Positions 20,063 to 29,419 of a stretch of 64,000 bases of DNA are shown here, piece after piece; positions within the stretch are counted from its first letter, which is position 1, and each line of letters begins with the position of its first letter. This DNA is from an uncultured bacterium (GTDB taxonomy: Bacteria > Bacillota_I > Bacilli_A > RFN20 > CAG-826): the NCBI GenBank assembly GCA_949300345.1, contig CASGDR010000006.1, positions 6,922 through 70,921 of the forward strand, given 5' to 3'. The notes beneath the pieces were generated by a model. The model did no database searches. It had not been told where the DNA came from and was given only the letters and a program-made list of their open reading frames with translations. A program made the translations under genes and the position numbers.

Positions 20063-21367
20063 TTACTTCCTTTGGCGGTAGATGATGCGGATCGGCGAAC
20101 CGGAGAAATCGAAACTTTCCCGAAGCCTGTTTTCCAGATATCTGGTGTAGGAGAAATGGGCAAAATCGGGATTGTTGCAGAAAAGGACGAAGGTCGGCGG
20201 CTTGATGGAGACTTGGTTGCCAAAGTAGATCTTCAGCCTTCCGTGATTGAAATCAGGAGTGGGATTATAGGCCTGGGCGTCGAGCAGGATCTGGTTTAGG
20301 ACCGAGGTCGGCACCCTTCTTTTGAAGGACTCCTCCGCTTTCCTTACATAGCTCAGCAATAGGTCGATGTTCCTACCGGTCAAAGCCGAGATGAAGACGA
20401 TGGGAGCATAGTCGAGGAACTTCATGCCGGTGGCAATCGTCTGGCGGAATTCCCTCTCCTCTTCCGGCGGATGCTTCTTGGCGTCCCATTTGTTGACGGC
20501 CACCACGACGGCCTTGCCCTCGTTTACGGCATAGCCGACCACGTGCTTGTCCTGTTCTACCAGCCCTTTGGTGGCATCGATGAGGAGGACGGCCACATCG
20601 GCCCTGGAGATGGCCGAGAGGGCCCTAAGGGCGGCATACTTGTCCACCGATTCATAGATCTTGCCGCGCTTGACCAAGCCTGCCGTATCGATGACCACGT
20701 ATTTCTGTCCGTTCCTTTCAAACTTGGAGTCGATGGAATCGCGGGTGGTTCCCGCTAAGGGGGAAACAATGGTGCGGACCCCGCCGAGGAGTTTGTTGGC
20801 CAAGGAGGATTTGCCGACATTGGGCTGTCCGATAAGGGCGAAGGGAATGGCGTCCCCGAAGTCTTCTTCTTCCTTCTCGGGCAACACGGCGATGATCTTA
20901 TCTAGCAGGTCGCCGATGCCGATCCCGTGGACGCCGGAGACGGCAATGGGCTCCCCTAATCCCAAGGCATAGAAGTCATCAAGATTGGAAATCTCGGCCA
21001 AAGAGTCGGTCTTATTGACGGCCAAAATAACGGGTTTTTGGGATTTATATAGGAGTTTTGCAACGAATTTCTCATCTGCGGATAGGCCTTTGCGGCCATC
21101 GACCACGAATAAAACCGCATCGGCCTGCTCCAAAGCGATTTCGGCCTGGGCCCTGATTTCCTCCTGGAAGGGGGCATTCTTGATTTCGATGCCGCCGGTA
21201 TCGATGAGGGTGAATTCCTTGGTCAGCCAGGTGGCCTTGGCGTAAATCCTATCGCGGGTGACGCCCGGACTATCGTAGACGATCGAAACCCGTTCGCCGA
21301 CGATGCGGTTGAAAATCGTCGACTTCCCGGAGTTGGGAGAGCCAAGCAAAGCTAGGGTGCCTAGCAT
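20063..21367 (-). CDS. der: Ribosome biogenesis GTPase Der
   Basis: Two GTPase domains (GSPNSGKS, GQPNVGKS; DTGG/DTAG) and KH-like C-terminus. Confidence 0.97.
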   Translation of the reverse strand: MLGTLALLGSPNSGKSTIFNRIVGERVSIVYDSPGVTRDRIYAKATWLTKEFTLIDTGGIEIKNAPFQEEIRAQAEIALEQADAVLFVVDGRKGLSADEKFVAKLLYKSQKPVILAVNKTDSLAEISNLDDFYALGLGEPIAVSGVHGIGIGDLLDKIIAVLPEKEEEDFGDAIPFALIGQPNVGKSSLANKLLGGVRTIVSPLAGTTRDSIDSKFERNGQKYVVIDTAGLVKRGKIYESVDKYAALRALSAISRADVAVLLIDATKGLVEQDKHVVGYAVNEGKAVVVAVNKWDAKKHPPEEEREFRQTIATGMKFLDYAPIVFISALTGRNIDLLLSYVRKAEESFKRRVPTSVLNQILLDAQAYNPTPDFNHGRLKIYFGNQVSIKPPTFVLFCNNPDFAHFSYTRYLENRLRESFDFSGSPIRIIYRQRK

Positions 21368-22041
21368 ATCCTCTCCGCCCCGGTCTTGTCCTTGACCACC
21401 TTCAAGACGGCATCGACCGCCTCATCGATGGACATGTATGAAGTATCAAGCAGAACCGAATCCATCGCCGGCTTCAAGGGAGCAAAGTCGCGGTGCGAAT
21501 CGATGTAGTCGCGTTTTCTGACATCGTCCTCGACATCCTTATAGGAAGTCGGGATGCCTTTGGATAGATTTTCTTCGTAGCGTCTTACGGCCCTAGTTTC
21601 CACCGAGGCGATCTGATAGATCTTCACCTGGGCATTGGGCAATACATAGGTACCGATATCGCGCCCGTCCATGACCACGGATTTGGACTCAGCCATCTTG
21701 CGCTGCATCTCCACTAGGGCCAGGCGGATGTTCTTATAGGAAGCGATGTAGGAAACATTCCCGGAAACCAAAGGCTCGCGGATGACCTGGGTTACGTCTT
21801 CCCCGTTGCAGATGACCCGCCCATCGGGCAATAGATCGATGGATAGCCCTTGCATCACCATTTCGCTTTGTCCCTCGTCCTGGGGATTGAGTCCCCTTTT
21901 GATGACGGCATTGGTAACGGCCCGGTACATGGCCCCGGTGTCGATATAGGTAAAGCCCAAAGCCTTGGCCACCCTTTTGGCGACCGTGGACTTTCCGGCA
22001 GCGGCCGGCCCGTCAATGGCTATGGCAATGTTCTTGTCCAT
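21361..22041 (-). CDS. cmk: Cytidylate kinase
   Basis: IDGPAAAGKST, DTGAMYR, DGRDIGT. Confidence 0.97.
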   Translation of the reverse strand: MDKNIAIAIDGPAAAGKSTVAKRVAKALGFTYIDTGAMYRAVTNAVIKRGLNPQDEGQSEMVMQGLSIDLLPDGRVICNGEDVTQVIREPLVSGNVSYIASYKNIRLALVEMQRKMAESKSVVMDGRDIGTYVLPNAQVKIYQIASVETRAVRRYEENLSKGIPTSYKDVEDDVRKRDYIDSHRDFAPLKPAMDSVLLDTSYMSIDEAVDAVLKVVKDKTGAERIC

Positions 22042-22349
22042 CAGATACCCACCACAAATAGGAAATACATCAGGATCAGGCCGATGACGGCAAACAAAAA
22101 GGCCGCGAGTTTGAAAAGCAACATCCGCTTCTTGCCGCGGACATAGGACTCATAGGGGGTATCTTTCGGTTTTTCGCTATCCCCTTCCATCCAGATCGCG
22201 TTCCCGGAAGCCGTAAGGGTAGAAAGGGTGGCCTTGTCCTCTTCCTTCAGATCGGAAGTATAAGAGGTAGTCTCTCCCTTCTCCATGCCCTGGATGGACT
22301 TGCGGTAGCCCTGCCATTTCCTGATTCGTGTTTTCACGATTAGAAGCAT
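22041..22349 (-). CDS. Hypothetical membrane protein
   Basis: 102-aa ORF with C-terminal TM; stop overlaps cmk start. Confidence 0.6.
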   Translation of the reverse strand: MLLIVKTRIRKWQGYRKSIQGMEKGETTSYTSDLKEEDKATLSTLTASGNAIWMEGDSEKPKDTPYESYVRGKKRMLLFKLAAFLFAVIGLILMYFLFVVGI

Positions 22350-22388
22350 ACCAAATTAGTTAGTCGAGATTAAGCCTTTTAAGGCTAA

Positions 22389-22416
22389 TTGACACTGGTT
22401 TTACGCCACTTATAAT
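22389..22416 (+). promoter_or_regulatory. Sigma-A promoter of ferredoxin
   Basis: TTGACA-N16-TATAAT. Confidence 0.75.
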
Positions 22417-22441
22417 GGGGGCGGTTCAAGGAGACCAAACA

Positions 22442-22630
22442 ATGCCAAAGAAAGCCACAGTCAACCCCGAAATGTGCATCGGGTGCGGCCTCTGCGTCGG
22501 CTCTGCCCCTTCCGTCTTCACCCTTGATGAGGAAGGAAAGGCCGTCGGCGCCGAAATTCCTGCCGAAGACGAATCCGCCGTCGAGGAAGCCGTTGCCTCT
22601 TGCCCCGTCGGGGCCATCGCTACCGAATAA
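22442..22630 (+). CDS. Ferredoxin
   Basis: CIGCGLC...CPVGAI; AAGGAG RBS. Confidence 0.92.
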   Translation: MPKKATVNPEMCIGCGLCVGSAPSVFTLDEEGKAVGAEIPAEDESAVEEAVASCPVGAIATE

Positions 22631-22640
22631 GCTAGCGATC

Positions 22641-22667
22641 CAAAAGCCGCCCGCGAGGCGGTTTTTG
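22641..22667. terminator. Bidirectional terminator between ferredoxin and ECF-S gene
   Basis: AAAAGCCGCC-CGCGA-GGCGGTTTTT. Confidence 0.75.
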
Positions 22668-22673
22668 TTTTGC

Positions 22674-23366
22674 CTAGGCCCGTGAGGGCTTGATGTATTT
22701 GTGGGTGCCCTTATAGACCAAGAAGGTAATCACGATTACCAAGCTGTCCTTGAGCAGGTTGAACGGCAAGACGGCGATTATGGCGTAGGACCAATCAAGG
22801 TTGGTGATGCCCGGCATCGCGGTCTGGCAGATAGCAAGCAAGGCCTCATAGCTAAAGCCCATGAAGGAAAGATAGAAGGGAATTAGGACATAGACGTTTA
22901 GAAGCATCGAGCCCAATAGCTGAAGCACGGTCGACACCCCAAAACCGATGGCCACGCCTTTGAGGTTCCTTTTCTTCTTATAGATGATGGCCGAGGGCAA
23001 AACGAATAGAAGCGAAAGGCAGAAGTCCCCGAGTTCCCCCACGCAGGCGGTCGAGGTCATCGGAAGCTTGATGAGGGTCTTTACCAATAAGGAGAGCATC
23101 GCGGCCCAAGGGCCATAGGCAAAGGCGGCGATGAAGGAAGGGACCTCATCGAAATGGATGGATAGGAAGGACGGGAAGAAGGGAAGATTGAAGGTGAAGA
23201 CGGGTACCACATAGAGGATGGCCGAAAGGGCCCCGAACATGGCCCCGGCGGCGATGACCCTGGGAGAGGAACCCTTCTTGAAAGGGTGTTCCTTGAAATA
23301 TAACCAGGCCGTGGTGGCGATAAGGGCAATGATCACCAGTAGTCCAAGCAAGTAGCGAGTTTCCAT
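22674..23366 (-). CDS. ribU: ECF transporter S component, riboflavin (RibU-like)
   Basis: FPSFLSIHFDEVP, GELGDF, LPFNLLK; upstream FMN riboswitch. Confidence 0.82.
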   Translation of the reverse strand: METRYLLGLLVIIALIATTAWLYFKEHPFKKGSSPRVIAAGAMFGALSAILYVVPVFTFNLPFFPSFLSIHFDEVPSFIAAFAYGPWAAMLSLLVKTLIKLPMTSTACVGELGDFCLSLLFVLPSAIIYKKKRNLKGVAIGFGVSTVLQLLGSMLLNVYVLIPFYLSFMGFSYEALLAICQTAMPGITNLDWSYAIIAVLPFNLLKDSLVIVITFLVYKGTHKYIKPSRA

Positions 23367-23396
23367 AAAAAATCCCCATGTCAGGGGATAAAAGGA

Positions 23397-23512
23397 CATC
23401 TTCTCTTCCATCCGGACTATACCGTTGGCTCCGGAATCACACCGGATCATGCCTAGGAGGCTCGCGGGCTATACCGCCAGTCGACGAAACTCTCGTCACC
23501 CTGATCGAGATG
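23397..23512 (-). promoter_or_regulatory. FMN (RFN) riboswitch
   Basis: GGCGGTATAGCCCGCGA...GATCCGGTGTGATTCCGGAGCCAACGGTATAGTCCGGATGG. Confidence 0.9.
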
Positions 23513-23550
23513 ATTATAGTCCTCGCCTGGCGTATGTGAAGAGAATCTAG

Positions 23551-26500
23551 TTAGCGCAGGTAAACGAAGCCCTGCTCGTCCTTATAAAGGAGATGGCGGT
23601 TATCCAAATCGTATTTGATGGCGGATTTGATGTACTTCCTTCTCTTCTCGGTCAAGGTATCCTCACCGAAGAGCTTGGCGGCCTGCCTGATCAGGTCTTC
23701 CTCCGACATGGCGCCCTGGGCCTTGAGGATGTCATAGAAGGCATTTGAGAATTCTTTGAAGGAAATGGTCAAGATATTGCGGGGATTTTCCTTATCGATG
23801 CGGTAATAGGACCATCCCTCGATATCGGTCCCGGAAGGATAATAGAACTGTTCCCCGGCGCAGATTTCGGTCTCCTTGGGGGTATCGGAAAGATCGATCT
23901 CGACGTTGGAGCGTAGGACATTGCCAAGACGGGATTTGCCTAGTGCTATCCTGATGCGGTCCATGATTTCGGATTTGGAGATGGGCCCTTCGGTTTCGAT
24001 CAAACGCCTGATGGCCTCGAAGATGCGGACCGATTCGTTATCGGAACTGGGAATGGAAAGATTGGCCCTAAGGTAAGGCAGGGCGTGGGGGAAGAGCTCG
24101 ATTTCCTTCCTCGAGAAGCTAAGCGGCCCGAGCTTATGGTCATCATCGGGCTCTAGGCTATCCTTGGAATTGATCTTCTCCACGATATTAGCGACCACCT
24201 GTTCGGGATGGTCGAAATATTCCAGCGACCAGACCCTATGGAGCCTCCAGTTGAGGTTCCTTAGGACGGAAGGCTGGACCAGGTTGCGGTCCCTGGCGGT
24301 CTTGGCCTTGATGTAGCTAGGACCATCGAGCAAGATGCCCAAGATGAAGCGGTCCTTGTTATCGGGATCGACGATGGCAAGGTCGAGCCTGAATACCGAA
24401 GTGCCTAGATCGGTCACCACTTCGTAGCCGAGCTTCCTAAGGTCCTCAGCCAGGTAGCGGGCCACCGAATCGGGATTATGGTAGATGGCCCCGCCCTGCA
24501 TGTTGGAAAGGGTCTCGGTCCCTTCCATGGCAAAGCGCAGGAAATCCTTTAGGTAGCGCGCCCCTTCGTTCTTGGCCCTTTCGGCCTTGATGTCGCTAGG
24601 TAGAATCGAAGAGAAGACCATCATCTCTTCCCTAGCCCTGGTAACCGCGACATTGAGGCGCCTTTCGCCCTTCTCGCGGGAAAGGGGCCCGAAGTTCAAA
24701 GAGAGGGTCCCCGTCTTCTTGTCAGGCCCATAGGTCGTGGAGAAAAGGATGACGTCCCTTTCGTCTCCCTGGACATTTTCGAGGTTCTTGACGAAGATGC
24801 TTTCCCCGCCCGGATTGATGTCGGTGGCCTTGAGTTTGGCCTCCTCTTTTTCTAATAGGTCCATGATGAGGTTCTGCTGGGCTTCGTTGAAGGTCACCAC
24901 CCCGATGGAGTGCTCTCTCTTGCTAGGATCCTTGAGGCGTCTTACCACCTCATCTACAACTGCCCTGGCTTCGGCCCTATTGATGCCCCTTCCCCTTTCA
25001 TAGTCGCCTTTTACATGGATATAAGAGACGCACTGCTTCTCTTCGTTGGGAGATGGGAAGGTAAAGAGTTCGTTATCGTAGAACTGGTTGTTGGAGAAGG
25101 CGATGAGGGATTCGTGGCGGGAGCGGTAATGCCAGGTCAGTCGGTTGCGCTTGAAGCCTAGGACAATCGCGTCGTCGAGCAGGGATTCGAGGTCTTCTTC
25201 CAAGCTAAGCAGGGTATTTTCCCCTTCGTTGACCCCGGAAATGTTCGCGTTGAAATAATTGCTCGGTGGCATTTGCTGCTGGTCGCCGGCAATGACGAGG
25301 CTATCGCCGCGGGAAATGGCCCCGATGGCCTCCGAGGTCGGAATCTGGGAAGCCTCATCGAATATGACCGCATCGAAATGGTCGTCCTTGCTAAGGAATT
25401 GGGCCACCGACTGGGGCGACATCAAAAAGCAGGGGCATAGATTATGGATGAGCTTGCCATAGGTATTGAATAGGAAGCGCAGGGAAACGCCCCTACCGCC
25501 GTTTTTGGAAAGCTTCTTGAGCTGGTATACCTCGGTGGAATTGGCAATCCCTTCGGTGATGAGGGGATAGGACTCGCTGATGATGGCCGCGGTTTCCAGG
25601 ACCGAGAGGCGGCTGAGCTCATCGGTCTGGCGCCCGTAATCCTCGATGGCGTTCATGACCTCCGAACCCGAGAGGTTGGCCACCCCCTTGTCGGAGGCGG
25701 CGAAGGCCACCACCTTGTAGGCCACCGCGTTGACATAGGCATCCTTGATGAGGGATTCGCTTAAGCGGCCCGACATGAATCCTTCGACGAGGCCACTAGG
25801 AGCCACGGCCTTGAGGCGGTCGATGGCTTCGAGGAACTTGACCCAGGCCCCGAGCATCCCGTCGTTGGAGATGACGAATGAGACCTTCTGGGCTTCGGAT
25901 TTGAAGTATTCCGGACAATCTGGATATAGGTCCAGATCGAAGCCGTGCTCCCTGAAGAGCTTGTCCCTAATGAAGGAGCGTTCCGAAATCCGGCGCCTTA
26001 AAGAGACGTCATTGTCCTCATATATCTTGGTCATGTCGCCTTCGGCTTTGGCGATGATGTTGCAAATCTTCTCATAGTCGACGGAAGAGGAGACATCCAT
26101 GTCGCGGATGAGCTTACCGGCCCTTAGGGTCAAATCCAGGTCTTCCTTCAGGGTATCATAGCTAGAAGCCTCATCGGGCAGATGGGGATATACATAGCGG
26201 GGATAGGAACCAAGGGCCTCGATGAGCTTGGTCTTTTCCTCGATGTAGCGGAGGTCTTCGACCGTCTTCAATATGGTCCTTCTAGAGACTCTGCCCCTAA
26301 GTATGTAGGGCTTGAATTCCTTATAGAGGCGCTTGTAGTAACGCCTTCTGGCAAATAGCGATGCCGCCGCATAGCTTTCCTTGAGGTCCTTGATTTTGGG
26401 AAGATGCAGGGAAAGGACGCTGGGGTCGAAGCGCAGCTTGATTTCGTTTTCCAGCCTGGTGATTTCCTGGTTGAGGTCAAGGAAGCGCTTGAGGATATCC

Positions 26501-29373
26501 TCGGCATCGAGGAAGATCTCGTTTCCGATCTTGTCATAGAGGATGCCCTTGCTGCTGCCTAAGACGCTGCTGAGCTCGACGAAGATCTCGGCGTTCTTCC
26601 GAGTCGACTGTAAGCCCGGGAGCTTGCGGAGGCAGTTATATAGGCAAAGGGAGAGATTCTTATCCAGTTCCAATAAAGGCTTGAGGGCTTGGGGCAAGGC
26701 CTCCCTTTCAAGCAAGGAGTATTCCCTCTTCTGGTATGGACGGAAGGGATTGTTGCTATAGCCCCGGTTGACCGAGGAGTGGTTCAAGACCGAATCGATC
26801 GCATCCAGGGTCTCCCGGTATTTCTCGGCGGTCAGTCCCCTCGCGTAGTCCTCATCCACTTCGAATAAACCCTTGGCCTTCTTGGAACGAAGGTAGGCCA
26901 AAACGGCTTGGTTGATGGAACAAAAGAAGCCTTCCGGAAGTTCCAATATGCCGAGCAACCCGTTGAGCCTAGCCCTTGACTGGGCCACCTCATCGGCCTT
27001 CTGCTTATAGCCCTCCCCACCTTTAAGGGGGCCCATGTCCAGGAGGGTTCCGATATTTTTGAGCACATCGCTCTTATTGGTCTTGACCGAGGATAGCTGC
27101 AGGCAGAACTGCCCTAGTCCCAAAGCATCAAGACGGGATTTTACAACCCCTAGGGCTACTTCCTTTTCCGCTACAAAGAGGACGGATTTGCGGTGAAACA
27201 GGAAGTTCACGATCATGTTGGCGATGGTCTGGCTCTTCCCGGTCCCGGGTGGGCCGTCCATGATGAAGGACTCCCCGTTTAGGGCATCGGAGATGGCTTT
27301 GATCTGGGAGGAATCGCATGGAAGGGGCAAGGCCAGATCCTCGGGAGCAATCATCCCGTCGATATCATGGGCCTCGATGAGCCCTTCTTTTTCCTGCCAC
27401 TTCTTCTCGCCGGAAACAAAAGAGGCAATGAAGGGATTCTCAAGCAGTTCGTCCTTGCGGTACTTGAGGTCGTTCCACATCACGAAATGGGCAAAGCCGA
27501 ACAGTCCGGCGGAGGAATAGGATTCCAATAAGCCCCATCCGTTTTTTTCGCTGATCTTGGTGCGGATGAAATTGTAAATCATGCGGATGTCGGGAATCCC
27601 GTCTTCCCTCTTCCTCATCGAACCCAGGATGGGATCGAAGTCGAGGTTATAGACTTCATGGAAATATTCCAGCACCGTGGTGTTCAGCGAGAGGTCTTCG
27701 AAATCGTATTCGAGGGAGAAATAGTTCCCCGACTTGCGCCGGGGCATCTTCACCGGGAGAAGGAAGACCGGGGCATACATGGCCCCCTTGCCGATCGAAG
27801 CGGCCTTCTCGTTATCGAACCACTTGAATAGGCCGATGGTCAGAAACAAAGGGTTGGAACCCGATTCTTCCAAGGCCGTGTTGCTCTTTCTGGAAAGTCC
27901 CTTGAAATAGCTTTCCACATCCCCTTTCCTGGAGGTTGCCAGAATCTGGCCCTTCTTGAAGTTTTCCTCCGCCAACTTGGAGAAGGTCTTGGGTGGGAAA
28001 TCCAAGATCTTGTCATTGTCGTTGAAGGGATAGGAATTGAAGTCGAAAGGCACCACATGGAGGCGGTTCCTCTCCGAGAGGAATCGGACCAGTTCCTCGG
28101 CATCGGGCACTAGGAACTGGGAAGCGCTGGAGGCAATCTTCAGGTTGATGAGGCGGTTGGCCAAATTCAAATCCAGCAGTTTTTCCAACCAGTGGTCAAA
28201 GCGCGACTTGTTGCCCCTATCGTCAGTGGGGATATAGCGGCGGGCCGATAATTCGACCCTGGGGGTCCCATAGTCGTCCTCGATTTCGAAATCGGGAAGC
28301 TCGAGTTTGCTTTCCCCATCGATGTCATGGGGAGTGGGAACCGGGAGCATATGCCCTTTGCGGCACATATCGATATCGAGGGCGTAGCGGAAGCGCGATT
28401 CCACGGCGATGGATTTATAGCCGGCATCCACGGCTTGGTCAAATGGGGCAAGCACGGAGGAATGGGCCATGGTCACATCGATGAGGGAGAGATAGTTGAA
28501 GCCTTTGGAGGCCGCAGTCGCCAAAAGGGTGCCGTTTTCCTCAAAGGGGGCCACCGAATGCTCATCGTCGAGCCAGACGCCGACAAGGGCGTGGCTGCGT
28601 AGCAATATGAGCAAGGGCTTAAGTCCGATCGATTCGGCCAAGGAAGCGAAAAGCAATGCAAAATCAAGGCAAGTCGCCACCTTTTCCTTCAAAACCACAT
28701 AGGGTAGCCTCACCCTTTGGAAGGTTTTCTCAAAAGAGGTGGGCGGAGCCGAGTAGCGGATCCCTCTTTTAAGCAGGGTCCGATACAAAGCGTCCAGTTC
28801 TTCCAATACCTTGTTGGGATCATGGTATTGGTAGCCGGCAAAGGAGTCCCTGCCGTATTTCTGCCTTAGTTCCCCGGCAGCTTCCTCGACAAGCTTCTTC
28901 ACTTCATCGTCATTGGGGGTAACGAAGGAGGCCAGTATCTCCGGAATGCGGCAGTCGGAAGCCGATTCGTCTATGGGTAGCAGCTTGAGGTTATGGAACT
29001 GCTTGGCCAAGATGTTGCCTTCGGCATCCACTAACTCAAAGGTCATGGCGATGGGCATGGCCTCATTGACCTTATAGAGTTCCATCGCATCGACGAAAAG
29101 GGAGAATTGGTTGATCAAAGTCTTCTTGCCGTGCTCAAGCAGGGAAATCTTGACCGGGGCTACCTCGATCCCGGCGAAGGGAGTGCGGATGTGCAAATCG
29201 ACATCGCGGTAGTCGGTCAACGACTTGTTTTCGATGGTGACGCTGCGCAGAAATGAAAAAGCGTTCTGGCGGCTCGAGGAGGAAACCCGCTTGATTTCCA
29301 TCTCAGCCTGATAGTTAACGTAAGTGAGGAAACTGAGTCCCTCGATAGATATGGAAAGCAAAGAATCGGCCAT
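23551..29373 (-). CDS. DUF4011 / SF1 helicase / Vsr-like nuclease / DUF3320 protein (Hhe-like defence protein)
   Basis: WLEKLLDLNLANRLIN, GPPGTGKSQT, DEASQ, VQGDERD, RRLNVAVTRA, RLDLAIVDP..LDG..RDR..WS, EGPIS. Confidence 0.85.
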   Translation of the reverse strand: MADSLLSISIEGLSFLTYVNYQAEMEIKRVSSSSRQNAFSFLRSVTIENKSLTDYRDVDLHIRTPFAGIEVAPVKISLLEHGKKTLINQFSLFVDAMELYKVNEAMPIAMTFELVDAEGNILAKQFHNLKLLPIDESASDCRIPEILASFVTPNDDEVKKLVEEAAGELRQKYGRDSFAGYQYHDPNKVLEELDALYRTLLKRGIRYSAPPTSFEKTFQRVRLPYVVLKEKVATCLDFALLFASLAESIGLKPLLILLRSHALVGVWLDDEHSVAPFEENGTLLATAASKGFNYLSLIDVTMAHSSVLAPFDQAVDAGYKSIAVESRFRYALDIDMCRKGHMLPVPTPHDIDGESKLELPDFEIEDDYGTPRVELSARRYIPTDDRGNKSRFDHWLEKLLDLNLANRLINLKIASSASQFLVPDAEELVRFLSERNRLHVVPFDFNSYPFNDNDKILDFPPKTFSKLAEENFKKGQILATSRKGDVESYFKGLSRKSNTALEESGSNPLFLTIGLFKWFDNEKAASIGKGAMYAPVFLLPVKMPRRKSGNYFSLEYDFEDLSLNTTVLEYFHEVYNLDFDPILGSMRKREDGIPDIRMIYNFIRTKISEKNGWGLLESYSSAGLFGFAHFVMWNDLKYRKDELLENPFIASFVSGEKKWQEKEGLIEAHDIDGMIAPEDLALPLPCDSSQIKAISDALNGESFIMDGPPGTGKSQTIANMIVNFLFHRKSVLFVAEKEVALGVVKSRLDALGLGQFCLQLSSVKTNKSDVLKNIGTLLDMGPLKGGEGYKQKADEVAQSRARLNGLLGILELPEGFFCSINQAVLAYLRSKKAKGLFEVDEDYARGLTAEKYRETLDAIDSVLNHSSVNRGYSNNPFRPYQKREYSLLEREALPQALKPLLELDKNLSLCLYNCLRKLPGLQSTRKNAEIFVELSSVLGSSKGILYDKIGNEIFLDAEDILKRFLDLNQEITRLENEIKLRFDPSVLSLHLPKIKDLKESYAAASLFARRRYYKRLYKEFKPYILRGRVSRRTILKTVEDLRYIEEKTKLIEALGSYPRYVYPHLPDEASSYDTLKEDLDLTLRAGKLIRDMDVSSSVDYEKICNIIAKAEGDMTKIYEDNDVSLRRRISERSFIRDKLFREHGFDLDLYPDCPEYFKSEAQKVSFVISNDGMLGAWVKFLEAIDRLKAVAPSGLVEGFMSGRLSESLIKDAYVNAVAYKVVAFAASDKGVANLSGSEVMNAIEDYGRQTDELSRLSVLETAAIISESYPLITEGIANSTEVYQLKKLSKNGGRGVSLRFLFNTYGKLIHNLCPCFLMSPQSVAQFLSKDDHFDAVIFDEASQIPTSEAIGAISRGDSLVIAGDQQQMPPSNYFNANISGVNEGENTLLSLEEDLESLLDDAIVLGFKRNRLTWHYRSRHESLIAFSNNQFYDNELFTFPSPNEEKQCVSYIHVKGDYERGRGINRAEARAVVDEVVRRLKDPSKREHSIGVVTFNEAQQNLIMDLLEKEEAKLKATDINPGGESIFVKNLENVQGDERDVILFSTTYGPDKKTGTLSLNFGPLSREKGERRLNVAVTRAREEMMVFSSILPSDIKAERAKNEGARYLKDFLRFAMEGTETLSNMQGGAIYHNPDSVARYLAEDLRKLGYEVVTDLGTSVFRLDLAIVDPDNKDRFILGILLDGPSYIKAKTARDRNLVQPSVLRNLNWRLHRVWSLEYFDHPEQVVANIVEKINSKDSLEPDDDHKLGPLSFSRKEIELFPHALPYLRANLSIPSSDNESVRIFEAIRRLIETEGPISKSEIMDRIRIALGKSRLGNVLRSNVEIDLSDTPKETEICAGEQFYYPSGTDIEGWSYYRIDKENPRNILTISFKEFSNAFYDILKAQGAMSEEDLIRQAAKLFGEDTLTEKRRKYIKSAIKYDLDNRHLLYKDEQGFVYLR

Positions 29374-29419
29374 CTTGTTGAGTATAAATCAAAAAGGGGT
29401 TCCATTGACCCCTTTGGAT

